Below are positions 9,331 through 18,057 of a stretch of DNA of 64,000 nucleotides, one piece after another (position 1 is the first letter of the stretch; the number at the start of each line of letters is the position of its first letter). The stretch is from a virus (taxonomy: Duplodnaviria > Caudoviricetes). The position numbers were made by a program, and so were the translations under genes. Under the pieces are notes generated by a model. It did not search any database and was not told the DNA's origin. It was given only the letters and a program-made list of their open reading frames with translations. The stretch spans positions 1 to 64,000 of the IMG/VR virus record IMGVR_UViG_3300028805_002025, one strand, 5' to 3'.

Positions 9331-9402
9331 AGGCTCTAATGAGAATCGGACTCATGCCTAAGCTTTACGAGGGCCTCGTTCTACCACTAAAACTATAGAG
9401 CC
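9331..9402 (-). tRNA. tRNA-Thr (CGT)
   Basis: loop CTCGTAA. Confidence 0.8.
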
Positions 9403-9407
9403 AAATC

Positions 9408-9492
9408 TGGAGCTGGGGACAGGATTCGAACCTGCGCTGTCTTTCGAACATGATTACAAATCAAGTGCCTTCAACCTCTCAGCCACCCCAGC
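9408..9492 (-). tRNA. tRNA-Thr (TGT), long variable arm
   Basis: loop TTTGTAA, variable-arm hairpin, encoded CCA. Confidence 0.8.
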
Positions 9493-9522
9493 ATTATTTA
9501 ATTCCATCCAGCTCATTTGATG

Positions 9523-9593
9523 AGGCTAAGCCCAGAATCGAACTGAGGCTGCATCTATACCACAGATGCGTTCTACCATTAAACTACAAAGCC
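9523..9593 (-). tRNA. tRNA-Thr (GGT)
   Basis: CATCT GTGGTAT AGATG arm. Confidence 0.75.
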
Positions 9594-9597
9594 ATTA

Positions 9598-10020
9598 TTA
9601 CTCATACGTCGTTTTCTCTCCTCCAAGCATTATATACTCGTCTTCAAGTTTATCATATTCACTCATAAGGTCATATAACTCATCCTTTCGTTTATCATAC
9701 TCCTTAGAACATTCTTCATGATGCGCTGGATGGTCACAACCAAATAATGCATCCCTCATTTTAAGTGCTGCATTTGCAATCTTAATCTTCATATCCGTGA
9801 GATTATGCTTAAATTCAGCAGCCTTATTGATTATCTCATGCTCTTTTACGCCTTGATATAGAATGTCACCAACTCTTATCGAATAAGAATTCTTTTCTTC
9901 ATCATATGATTCTATCTTACCAGTAAGGCGTTCAGTACCTTCGTACTGTAAATCAGTATTACAATAGTACTCCCATATCTCCCAATTGAAGTCTACTGTT
10001 TTCCCAATCTCGTATTTCAT
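9598..10020 (-). CDS. hypothetical protein
   Basis: likely start MKYEIG. Confidence 0.65.
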   Translation of the reverse strand: MKYEIGKTVDFNWEIWEYYCNTDLQYEGTERLTGKIESYDEEKNSYSIRVGDILYQGVKEHEIINKAAEFKHNLTDMKIKIANAALKMRDALFGCDHPAHHEECSKEYDKRKDELYDLMSEYDKLEDEYIMLGGEKTTYE

Positions 10021-10038
10021 AACATTCTCCTTTTTTTG

Positions 10039-10111
10039 AGCCTCCAGTCGGGGTCGAACCAACAACCTGCGGTTTACAAAACCGCTGCTCTGCCAATTGA
10101 GCTATGGAGGC
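10039..10111 (-). tRNA. tRNA-Thr (TGT)
   Basis: canonical cloverleaf. Confidence 0.92.
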
Positions 10112-10117
10112 ATATAA

Positions 10118-10245
10118 GGGTACACAATTCCGTCATTTCAACCCCTCCAGATTTGATTTATATTTGCGGAGGGGGTGGGAGTCGAACCCACGTTACACAA
10201 ATTAACCGTTTGTTGTATGTAATCTTATACTTGCTGTCTGTACCC
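10118..10245 (-). ncRNA. ACAGCA-stem RNA 5, permuted tRNA-like with GTT arm
   Basis: order: stem, ACAGCAA, ACAAA CGGTTAA TTTGT arm, T arm, CCCCTCC/GGAGGGG closed acceptor, stem. Confidence 0.75.
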
Positions 10246-10252
10246 ACAATTT

Positions 10253-10747
10253 TTATCTTCTCATTCTGTCTCCGAATACTCTCTCGTATTCGTCTTCAAC
10301 CATTTTTGACCAGTGCATAGCCTCTCCTTCTGGGGTTTCTTTGCAGCCCTTTTCCCATAACTTTTCGAGTCTATTCTCGCCAAGAGCCATGAGTTTACAG
10401 GCATATTCCGGTGTGATCTTGTGTACTCCGCAATGTTCACTTGAACAGCAGCTACCACCATAGTATTCACCTGCACAGGCGTATTTCCTGGTTGGATCTA
10501 GTGCGTAATGGGGATAGAAGATTTCGACGTTATCGTGGAAATAGTCGCCTTCCTTGTCGAAGCATATATCTATCTTCTGAACGATGCCTGGGAGCATATT
10601 ACAGGTCTCAACCCAATCTCCAACCTTATAGTCTACCTTAGACAGCATATCTTTCAGAATGTCGTCAATCTCCTTCTGTGTAAACCTCGACTTTTCTTTC
10701 TCTTCAAAGTCGAGTATTTCACAGAAACCCTTATCGCAATCATCCAT
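10253..10747 (-). CDS. hypothetical Cys-rich protein
   Basis: likely start MDDCDK. Confidence 0.65.
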   Translation of the reverse strand: MDDCDKGFCEILDFEEKEKSRFTQKEIDDILKDMLSKVDYKVGDWVETCNMLPGIVQKIDICFDKEGDYFHDNVEIFYPHYALDPTRKYACAGEYYGGSCCSSEHCGVHKITPEYACKLMALGENRLEKLWEKGCKETPEGEAMHWSKMVEDEYERVFGDRMRR

Positions 10748-10769
10748 TATCGTAACATTTAAAAATTCG

Positions 10770-10851
10770 TGCATCGTGTAGGACTCGAACCCACGTCGTG
10801 ATTACTCACACAGATTAAGAGTCTGTTGCATAACCTCTCTGCCAACGATGC
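10770..10851 (-). tRNA. tRNA-Lys (CTT), long variable arm
   Basis: loop CTCTTAA, variable arm GTGAGTAATCAC. Confidence 0.8.
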
Positions 10852-10862
10852 ATATGAAAATG

Positions 10863-10953
10863 TGCTTCCACAGGGAGTCGAACCCTGCTATTCGGTTTAA
10901 AAGACCGATGTAATCCGTCTGTCTCCAGGCACTTACCGATATACGATGGAAGC
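10863..10953 (-). tRNA. tRNA-Lys (TTT), expanded D loop
   Basis: loop CTTTTAA; roughly 18 extra nt in the D loop. Confidence 0.75.
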
Positions 10954-10957
10954 GTAT

Positions 10958-11033
10958 TGGTATGCCCAGAGGGACTCGAACCCTCGACCCCGTGATTAAA
11001 AGTCACGTGCTCTACCAACTGAGCTATGGGCAC
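10958..11033 (-). tRNA. tRNA-Lys (TTT)
   Basis: canonical, encoded CCA. Confidence 0.92.
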
Positions 11034-11057
11034 ATATTGCGATACAGAATATCTTTG

Positions 11058-11130
11058 TGCGCCTGGAGGGATTCGAACCCTCGACCCCATGTTTAAGAGA
11101 CACGTGCTCTACCAGCTAAGCTACAAGCGC
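11058..11130 (-). tRNA. tRNA-Lys (CTT)
   Basis: canonical. Confidence 0.92.
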
Positions 11131-11260
11131 ATTTGTTTGTATCCTTCCTATGACACTCATAGCTTCAACCTAGTTGACCATCCGTAGAGCGTCACTTTCG
11201 CTTTTTACGTTTATAAACCATTACAGTTCTCATATGCTTATTATTTTTTAAAATTTGTTT

Positions 11261-11506
11261 TTACTTTATCTCAATTAATGAATCGTTCTCATTTGCCTTT
11301 CTAATCCACCTCATAAGAAGCAGAGCTTTCTCAGTTGGTTTGAATGCGGCTGTCTCACCGACATCATGCTTGTCTGACAAGTCAATCTCAAGCTGGTACT
11401 TCGTACCGTCCACTGCCATGATGTGATAGACTGCTATACCACCAGACATAATGTACTGGAGCTGTGCTGTCCCCTTCACAAGAGGCTTAATATCGTTAAC
11501 TACCAT
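11261..11506 (-). CDS. hypothetical protein
   Basis: 81-aa ORF. Confidence 0.65.
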   Translation of the reverse strand: MVVNDIKPLVKGTAQLQYIMSGGIAVYHIMAVDGTKYQLEIDLSDKHDVGETAAFKPTEKALLLMRWIRKANENDSLIEIK

Positions 11507-11801
11507 ATCTCTTTTTTATTTCATTCAAAAATTTATCTCTATTGCTGACCTTAGCTGTCTTCTTACCCTTTTTCTCTTCAAGATACATACGTGTGTATAT
11601 TCCAACAAGTACCGCATTAATGACGGATAACACCAGGAACAAAATATATAATAACGTAACACCTGTTCCATAATCCTTTATGGCTAACATAGACATAAGA
11701 GAAAAATTGATAATTGAATTAAACAATTTACCCTTAATACTGTCAGTAAACATTGTAGCTATTGAAAAGCCAATAAGAATTAAAACCACTAATCCAAACA
11801 T
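11496..11801 (-). CDS. membrane protein
   Basis: three hydrophobic segments. Confidence 0.6.
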   Translation of the reverse strand: MFGLVVLILIGFSIATMFTDSIKGKLFNSIINFSLMSMLAIKDYGTGVTLLYILFLVLSVINAVLVGIYTRMYLEEKKGKKTAKVSNRDKFLNEIKKRYGS

Positions 11802-11825
11802 AACACTATTCTTTTAAAATTACTG

Positions 11826-11910
11826 CGGAGGGCAGTGGAGTCGAACCACACCCCTAGTGGAGCGAAACAACTTAGCAGGTTGCCCCTATCACCGTCAAGG
11901 CTTACCCTCC
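11826..11910 (-). tRNA. tRNA-Ser (GCT)
   Basis: loop CTGCTAA, long variable arm. Confidence 0.9.
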
Positions 11911-12405
11911 ATTTTTATAACGTTTATCTCTACTACTTTTACCCCTATTCAATGCCATATAGTTTTCTGTCATTGCATGACAGTTGGGACAAAGCAGCTT
12001 AAGGTTCTCGATTGAGTTATTACCGCTATCACCATCAATGTGATGAATTTGTAATATCGAATTACCAGTAGCTTTATTATATCCCTCAAATCCACATTCT
12101 TGACATTTATTGTTATACTTTTCTAATAAGTATTTTCTAATGCTGATTGGAAATGATACATTTGGGTTTATCTTATGTTCCCCTTTTAACCATTTTTCAA
12201 TATATAATGATATCCCATATTTTGAAGAGCAACTAGGAGAACAGAATTTAGCGTTTTTATACCCAATGAACTTCTTTCCACAAACCCCACAAACATGTTC
12301 ATATTTTGCGTGAGTTCCTTCAGAGGTACATTTCACTGAGCAATATTTTTGCTGTTTACCAGTCAGCTCTTTTCCGCATACTATACAATACTTTTTTTCC
12401 TCCAT
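11902..12405 (-). CDS. HNH homing endonuclease
   Basis: CxxC repeats; LQIHHIDG..NN..ENLKLLCPNCH; low GC; overlaps the 5' end of tRNA-Ser. Confidence 0.9.
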   Translation of the reverse strand: MEEKKYCIVCGKELTGKQQKYCSVKCTSEGTHAKYEHVCGVCGKKFIGYKNAKFCSPSCSSKYGISLYIEKWLKGEHKINPNVSFPISIRKYLLEKYNNKCQECGFEGYNKATGNSILQIHHIDGDSGNNSIENLKLLCPNCHAMTENYMALNRGKSSRDKRYKNGG

Positions 12406-12518
12406 TCAATAATAATTTATAAATTAGATACTTTACATTCCACCATCCCGTACAACTGTAATGCTTCGCCTTGATTGAATGATACTACGCATTCGTTGCC
12501 GACGGTTACTTCTCCAGG

Positions 12519-12800
12519 TTATTTCCCCTGGTATGTCCTTCTGTATCTTAGTTCTCTTACATTTCTGTAATGTATCTTAAACCTAGCATGATGTTGAACA
12601 AAGTTCTTACCATTCCACGTATGATACGTTCCACTAAATATGAAGTACTCACCCCTAATCTCCATTTCTATTTTATTAGGATGTAAATGGTGATACTCTT
12701 TTGGTTCTTTACCTTCGTAAGGTCTGAAGTACCCGACTTCAATTGGCTGATGTTCTCTTAACCATTCAAATTGCTTTCTAGTCATTTTATCAACCGCCAC
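12519..12800 (-). CDS. hypothetical protein
   Basis: 93-aa ORF. Confidence 0.55.
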   Translation of the reverse strand: MAVDKMTRKQFEWLREHQPIEVGYFRPYEGKEPKEYHHLHPNKIEMEIRGEYFIFSGTYHTWNGKNFVQHHARFKIHYRNVRELRYRRTYQGK

Positions 12801-12832
12801 CCTGTGATATTGTCGCCCCCAACAGGGAAGGG

Positions 12833-13237
12833 CTATCTTGCCTTTCTGACCATCGTCCTCTGTAGTTCTCCAGTCCTCACAAATCCGAATTTGCTATAGA
12901 ACTCTTGAAGCTGGTCTCCACTCATTGCCATATGTGCGCATGGGCATACCAGCAATACAAAGTTGTAGTCCTTATGTATTTCCAGAGCTTTCTGGATTAG
13001 GGCTGTTGCAATTCCATTGCCTGCATACTTCTCGTGTACCAGTACCAATTTCATTACCATCAACTTACCATTTCCGTTGCAGTACTCTGCAAATCGGTTG
13101 TAGTACTTAGAAGACCCATCTTGGATTACCAAAGACCCAAGACTATGACCGTCTTCTTTCCTCTTCGGAACAATACATTTTTGACTAAACCGTTCGTCAT
13201 TAACTACTACGATGTCGTAATCTATCATTATTCTCAA
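12833..13237 (-). CDS. GNAT acetyltransferase
   Basis: VHEKYAGNGIATALI and FYSKFGF motifs. Confidence 0.8.
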   Translation of the reverse strand: MRIMIDYDIVVVNDERFSQKCIVPKRKEDGHSLGSLVIQDGSSKYYNRFAEYCNGNGKLMVMKLVLVHEKYAGNGIATALIQKALEIHKDYNFVLLVCPCAHMAMSGDQLQEFYSKFGFVRTGELQRTMVRKAR

Positions 13238-13256
13238 TTATATGAGTTAAACAATG

Positions 13257-13348
13257 CGGAGGTGGAGGGATTCGAACCCCCACGCCAGCTCATCACCGAC
13301 CTACTTGTTTTCAAGACAAGCCTCTTCAGCCATTTTGAGTACACCTCC
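13257..13348 (-). tRNA. tRNA-Ser (TGA)
   Basis: loop CTTGAAA, long variable arm. Confidence 0.9.
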
Positions 13349-13502
13349 AATTTAGTGATTAAATGACTCGCTTCTCTGGCGCATATCATTCTGCAACTTT
13401 TTTACTTATCAAGCCCCAGCCATAGGCAGCGATACCTTTACTCCTCACAGTATTCATGACTACATATGATTCTTCAAGGGTTGCATTATTAATCACTTTT
13501 TG

Positions 13503-13575
13503 TGGAGAAGGAGGGACTCGAACCCTCTAATATAGCTTGCAAAGCTATCAGTTTAGCCAGTTAGCCTACAACCCC
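13503..13575 (-). tRNA. tRNA-Ala (TGC)
   Basis: loop TTTGCAA. Confidence 0.85.
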
Positions 13576-13636
13576 ATTATGGTGCAAAGATATATAAAAT
13601 ATCTGAGAAATCCAAATTTTCAAAGAACTTTTTTCG

Positions 13637-13709
13637 CTGGGGAGGTGGGGTTCGAACCCACGACCAATAGATTAACAGTCTACTGCGCTAACCACTGCGC
13701 TACTCCCCA
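13637..13709 (-). tRNA. tRNA-Asn (GTT)
   Basis: loop CTGTTAA. Confidence 0.9.
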
Positions 13710-13831
13710 GAATTACAAGTAAGTCTTAGTCGTGATAAAGGGCAATTTCATCCCTAACGCTGCTCTTAAGCCTTGCACTTCCATTTGATTGGAAGCATGT
13801 CTGTCTTCCATCATACCACTCTTACTTGTTG

Positions 13832-13907
13832 CGGGCACAGAAGGATTCGAACCTCCAACCCTCGGCTTAACAGGCCGTCGCTCTAACCATTAAAAAGCTA
13901 TGCGCCC
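13832..13907 (-). tRNA. tRNA-Asn (GTT)
   Basis: loop CTGTTAA. Confidence 0.9.
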
Positions 13908-13919
13908 ATATATTAACTT

Positions 13920-13997
13920 TGGCGGTGCATACGGGACTCGAACCCGTGAATCTCCTCCGTGACAGGGAGGCATCCTAACCTACTGAACGAATGCACC
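13920..13997 (-). tRNA. tRNA-Asp (GTC)
   Basis: loop CTGTCAC, encoded CCA. Confidence 0.92.
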
Positions 13998-14005
13998 AAA
14001 TTCTG

Positions 14006-14082
14006 TGGGGCGGGGCAGAATCGAACTGCCGCTAACGACCTGGATTTTCAGTCCAGCGCTCTACCTACTGAGCTACCGCCCC
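14006..14082 (-). tRNA. tRNA-Phe (GAA)
   Basis: loop CTGAAAA. Confidence 0.92.
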
Positions 14083-14087
14083 CTATG

Positions 14088-14420
14088 TCATACGAAAATG
14101 TAATCCATTAGCTTATCCCACCATGTTTCATCTTCGCCATTCTCTTCATAACCATCAAGCCATCCTGGTGTTATGTCTGGCTCTGGATAACTTACCAACC
14201 TATGTGTAAGTTCATTCACTCCTCTCTCTGCCTCCTCCTGGGTAAGAACCTCCTGGATGTCCTCCTCTATCACCTCGAAGTGAAGCAAGAAGTCCTCTGT
14301 CTCAACCCCTATCGAGTCTACTACGTACCAGTGTTCGTTTATCTCGTTGGCTGTGTATTCCTCACCAGTCCTAAACGTTGACCTGTTGGTCTGCAACTGC
14401 TCTGTACATATCACCTTCAT
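14088..14420 (-). CDS. acidic hypothetical protein
   Basis: 110-aa ORF after a host-type promoter. Confidence 0.65.
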   Translation of the reverse strand: MKVICTEQLQTNRSTFRTGEEYTANEINEHWYVVDSIGVETEDFLLHFEVIEEDIQEVLTQEEAERGVNELTHRLVSYPEPDITPGWLDGYEENGEDETWWDKLMDYIFV

Positions 14421-14507
14421 ATAAACCCGATTTTGATTTTATGGTGCAAAGATATACAAAATTTTTGAGAATTCCAAATTTCTGATTATCTTTTAACACA
14501 TATTTAC

Positions 14508-14551
14508 AAAAAAAAGCTGCTGAATACTTTTTTGGAGTTCTTCAACAGCTT
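14508..14551 (-). terminator. intrinsic terminator (attenuator of tRNA array A)
   Basis: AAGCTGTTGAA/TTCAGCAGCTT 11-bp stem plus T run. Confidence 0.8.
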
Positions 14552-14594
14552 GGGAAATATATATATATAGTGAAGTAAGTGACTTTTTTACATA

Positions 14595-14726
14595 TTATAT
14601 CTCAGTATAACCATACAGCTGTTGTCCTCCCCCTGCATCAAAATTAGACGCAACAGAATCACTCCATTTACTTGATGTAGCAAATGTAGCATTGGTCTTG
14701 ACAATATTATTAACTGTTGTAATCAT
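14595..14726 (-). CDS. leader peptide A (43 aa)
   Basis: MITTVNNIVKTNATFATSSKWSDSVASNFDAGGGQQLYGYTEI*; contains CAACAGCT, complementary to the terminator 5' arm. Confidence 0.7.
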   Translation of the reverse strand: MITTVNNIVKTNATFATSSKWSDSVASNFDAGGGQQLYGYTEI

Positions 14727-14854
14727 AATTTAAATGAGTTTAATTTTTCTATAATTATATACTAATTTTCAAAAAGTACCTATTGTACCAAAATTTTTTT
14801 TACTTTTTTCTATTTCTAGTGCAAAGATATATATTTTTTTCGACAATTCCAAAT

Positions 14855-15280
14855 TTATAGCAGATTATTTCCGCATTTTTTGCAATTTTCTTTCAGAGAA
14901 GCCACATAAGCCAGTGCATCAGCCTCGGTATCAAACGTCAAAACCCTACTACCATCCTTAACGTTGGTTTCAACATCCACACGTGCCTTAGTATGAAGTT
15001 CGCCATCAATGATAAGGTAATTATGACGTTTAGCATAATCGCTTATCTTGTAATAGTAGTAACCATCCCAACCAGTCTCTCTGATGATGTCTTCCTGGAC
15101 TACCTCCTTCACCTTCTTCCTAAACAAGGTGAACAAATTTCTCTTATACACCACATCACCCTTCTTACGGTACACCTTTATCCATGTAACTTTCTTGATG
15201 GGTGTGTATGTGATTCTAAGGATAGACCTGTAGAAGCCCTCACTATCCAGGGAGAACTGTTTATTAGTCTCGTAGTTCAT
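14855..15280 (-). CDS. hypothetical protein
   Basis: 141-aa ORF. Confidence 0.65.
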   Translation of the reverse strand: MNYETNKQFSLDSEGFYRSILRITYTPIKKVTWIKVYRKKGDVVYKRNLFTLFRKKVKEVVQEDIIRETGWDGYYYYKISDYAKRHNYLIIDGELHTKARVDVETNVKDGSRVLTFDTEADALAYVASLKENCKKCGNNLL

Positions 15281-15612
15281 AATGCCTCAGTTGCTGCCTG
15301 TAGTTCTTTCTGTTCAAAAGTAAGACCTTCTGGGTCTGATACTGTAGAGATATGCTCAATCTTCTTGTAGGTGATGTTATGATATTCCGAACGGTCAACA
15401 CCTCTGAAAGGTATCTTATCACCGTAGGTATAGCCATCGACATAACCACGATGCCATCTTCTGACACCATCCTTCTCAGTAATGAACTCCACGATGTCAC
15501 CATCAGCAGCCTCAAACTTCTTTGTAGTGAGGTTATAGAGTTTCTTATCCTTTACGATAATATCCTCTTCTTTGATACGGACTTCGTAGTCACCATTAAT
15601 TTTTACTACCAT
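15277..15612 (-). CDS. hypothetical protein
   Basis: 111-aa ORF coupled to the next gene by ATGA overlap. Confidence 0.65.
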   Translation of the reverse strand: MVVKINGDYEVRIKEEDIIVKDKKLYNLTTKKFEAADGDIVEFITEKDGVRRWHRGYVDGYTYGDKIPFRGVDRSEYHNITYKKIEHISTVSDPEGLTFEQKELQAATEAL

Positions 15613-15639
15613 ATTATTCTCCTTTTAACTTAAAATTTG

Positions 15640-15727
15640 TATAGGGGGTGGGATTCGAACCCACAACTACCTCTCGATAGACTGGTTTCGTAGACCAGGA
15701 CGGTCATCCATTACGTTTTACCCCTAC
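15640..15727 (-). tRNA. tRNA-Arg (ACG), long variable arm
   Basis: loop CTACGAA. Confidence 0.8.
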
Positions 15728-15736
15728 ATATTAAAA

Positions 15737-15877
15737 AGGGACGACCAGTTTAAAGTCCTGGCAGACTGTTAACTGATGCCTCACGCCCCTTGCGGGATTA
15801 ACGCTTCTTCAGTCCGTCTTCAGAATAATTAACAAAATGGAAATTTTACAAGAGAATTTACATTGCTGTACGTCCCT
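15737..15877 (-). ncRNA. ACAGCA-stem RNA 6, with a 3' pseudoknot
   Basis: AGGGACG-T-ACAGCAA...CTTGTAA loop...AGTC/GACT crossing CCAG/CTGG...CGTCCCT. Confidence 0.65.
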
Positions 15878-15973
15878 ATAAAGTATCCCTGCGTCGTGCT
15901 CGGAGTTTAACCTTGCGACGGTGTACTGTGTTTTATGTTCTCCCGTTCCAAATCGATTCCAACACAGGGAATG

Positions 15974-16062
15974 TGATGGTGAAGGGATTCGAACCCCCAA
16001 CTGTCTCTCGACAGAACAGTTTAGAAGACTGTGACGGTCATCCAGTTACGTTTTACACCACC
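15974..16062 (-). tRNA. tRNA-Arg (TCT), long variable arm
   Basis: loop CTTCTAA, variable arm CTGTCGAGAGACAG. Confidence 0.8.
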
Positions 16063-16063
16063 A

Positions 16064-16324
16064 TTATTCAAATATAACGTTGTTAGTCCACTCTCTGAAC
16101 AATAGGTATTGACCATGTGGCTTACCTAGTCTTGAGACGTGTACAATAGCCCTTTCCTCTTTACCAAAAGTTTCAAATTCTACCTTATCTACCTTATCAC
16201 CTGCTTTGGTATCAAGTAGTTGCAGAACCTTATACTCGAACTTCTGGTTGTCCCAGGTCTTGTAGACTATCTGCTTAACCTCACGGAGTGATTTCTGCCA
16301 CTCTCTCCAACGCTTCTTTATCAT
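16064..16324 (-). CDS. hypothetical protein
   Basis: likely start MIKKRW. Confidence 0.55.
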   Translation of the reverse strand: MIKKRWREWQKSLREVKQIVYKTWDNQKFEYKVLQLLDTKAGDKVDKVEFETFGKEERAIVHVSRLGKPHGQYLLFREWTNNVIFE

Positions 16325-16339
16325 ACTCTTATTAAGTGA

Positions 16340-16845
16340 TACACCCAGCAGGATTCGAACCTGCGACCTACTTGCTTTACCATATTGAAATTCTTGCAAG
16401 TAATACTCAAATAGACTCTCTCCACTGTGACATTTTGAAAGAATTACTGAATTAACGTCAATTGCAGCACGACTTCCCACGAATAACAAGACCACTGTTG
16501 ACTTGTCTAATTAATTCTCTACTATCTTTGTATAATTTCAACTTAGGCATTCTTATCCGATACATCGGAATAGAATGTGAGGGTATTCAATGTATTTCCC
16601 TCATATCTCCTATATATTTTCTACACATTTATGATACTTTTAATGTTGGCATCACAGAGGCAAACTTAATGCTTGTGAAGTTTCCTCGGACATTAATTTC
16701 TCAACTTAGTACGGTATTATCCTCTAGTGTTATTGTTTAACTAATCACACGCGGTTGTGATTCTGTGGACTAAAAAGTCTCTGCGAGAGGATTTCCACCG
16801 TTTTAGGGAGATTCTACATAGGGATTTTTCGCCTATGCATCCAAG
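16340..16845 (-). pseudogene. orphan tRNA 3' half with a decayed group I intron-like segment
   Basis: T arm and acceptor 3' strand only at ~16340-16375; upstream GTAGAATCTCCCTAAAACGGTGGAAATCC and GCAGAGACT resemble group I core pieces. Confidence 0.4.
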
Positions 16846-16889
16846 CACAATCACAGGTAATCTTACGAATAATCGTACATTTTACTTTG

Positions 16890-16963
16890 TACACCCGCTG
16901 GGACTCGAACCCAGGACCCACGGCTTAGAAGGCCGTTGCTCTAATCCACTGAGCTACGGGTGC
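16890..16963 (-). tRNA. tRNA-Arg (TCT)
   Basis: canonical. Confidence 0.92.
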
Positions 16964-16969
16964 ATCATC

Positions 16970-17248
16970 TTATTTAGGTACAAACATACTTGTTGCCTTA
17001 CAATGTGCTACCCTAGCATCTGTAACCTCAGACATTGGCTCTGCTAAACAAATGTTAATCCCATCGAAGAACTGACAATTATTGCAGAATACCTTCTGAT
17101 GTTTCAGTGTTGGGTCCTTCCTGTAGTCGTAGTCATCATGTAGGAATGGCTTATTCTGGTCAACCGTAATTGAATGTAAAGCCTCATACTTGAATAGAAC
17201 TGCTGTTATCAACAGGAGACTAACCAATATGATACAGACTATCCACAT
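16970..17248 (-). CDS. membrane-anchored Cys-rich protein
   Basis: N-terminal TM segment, CNNC. Confidence 0.55.
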   Translation of the reverse strand: MWIVCIILVSLLLITAVLFKYEALHSITVDQNKPFLHDDYDYRKDPTLKHQKVFCNNCQFFDGINICLAEPMSEVTDARVAHCKATSMFVPK

Positions 17249-17497
17249 AGTTTCTTATTTTAAGTCCTTAACTCGTTTAGACACCTCCTCGATTTCATCC
17301 AGGAAGTCCTTCTTATTCCTTTCCTCGCCTTTTGCTATGTTTTTAGCAGCTACTATAATCACTGCAAGCAGCACAAGGCACGTAACCAATATAGCTATTA
17401 AACGTACTAACATTTCATTATCATTTTAGTTTTACCCTGCAAAGATATACAAAATCTAATTAATAACCAAATTTTTTAAATCTTTTTAAGGAAAAAG

Positions 17498-17575
17498 TGC
17501 GCCTGGTGAGACTCGAACTCACAGAATAACCTACATCCTAAGTGTAGTGACTTTACCAGATTTGCCCACAGGCGC
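17498..17575 (-). tRNA. tRNA-Leu (TAG), short variable arm
   Basis: CTACA CTTAGGA TGTAG arm. Confidence 0.85.
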
Positions 17576-17586
17576 AAAAAAAAAAC

Positions 17587-17722
17587 AGGAAACAATGTTT
17601 GTCTAAAGCCGTGTTTACCACTTTCACCAATGAATCGCTTTATTAGAGCGACCCATGAGGGAGTCGAACCCCCATACCGTTTAGGTAGCATTATTTTAGC
17701 CCAATACTGCTGTTTGTTTCCT
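17587..17722 (-). ncRNA. ACAGCA-stem RNA 7, YrlA-type permuted tRNA mimic
   Basis: order: T arm, closed acceptor ATGGGTCGCT/AGCGATTCAT, D arm. Confidence 0.8.
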
Positions 17723-17807
17723 TGGAGTACTGAGGGTGGGACTCGAACCCACATACACCAATTACGTGGTTAATGTCAGTGTATAAGACTGCGACGATAC
17801 CTCAGTA
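17723..17807 (-). tRNA. D-armless tRNA with TAT anticodon (Ile-AUA-like)
   Basis: CAGT CTTATAC ACTG arm, T arm, extended acceptor, CCA; D arm replaced by ~8 nt. Confidence 0.6.
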
Positions 17808-18020
17808 TTAAACCTCAATGGAATCATCATTCCAGTATGGATAGTTAGACTTCTCTGACTCTGGTGTATCTGTGACTTCATAAAAAGCGCCACAGAAGGG
17901 ACATGTCATATTTGTTACCATTGCATCATCCTCATCACAATCAGCGACTCCTATGTCACTAAGCATAACATTTCCTCCTATTATGAGGTCATGACCACAA
18001 CGCATACATTTTAATTCCAT
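17808..18020 (-). CDS. small zinc-ribbon protein
   Basis: CMRC...CPFC; likely start MELKC. Confidence 0.65.
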   Translation of the reverse strand: MELKCMRCGHDLIIGGNVMLSDIGVADCDEDDAMVTNMTCPFCGAFYEVTDTPESEKSNYPYWNDDSIEV

Positions 18021-18057
18021 AATGATAATATTAAAAGTCGTATTTTTCAACTAAAAA

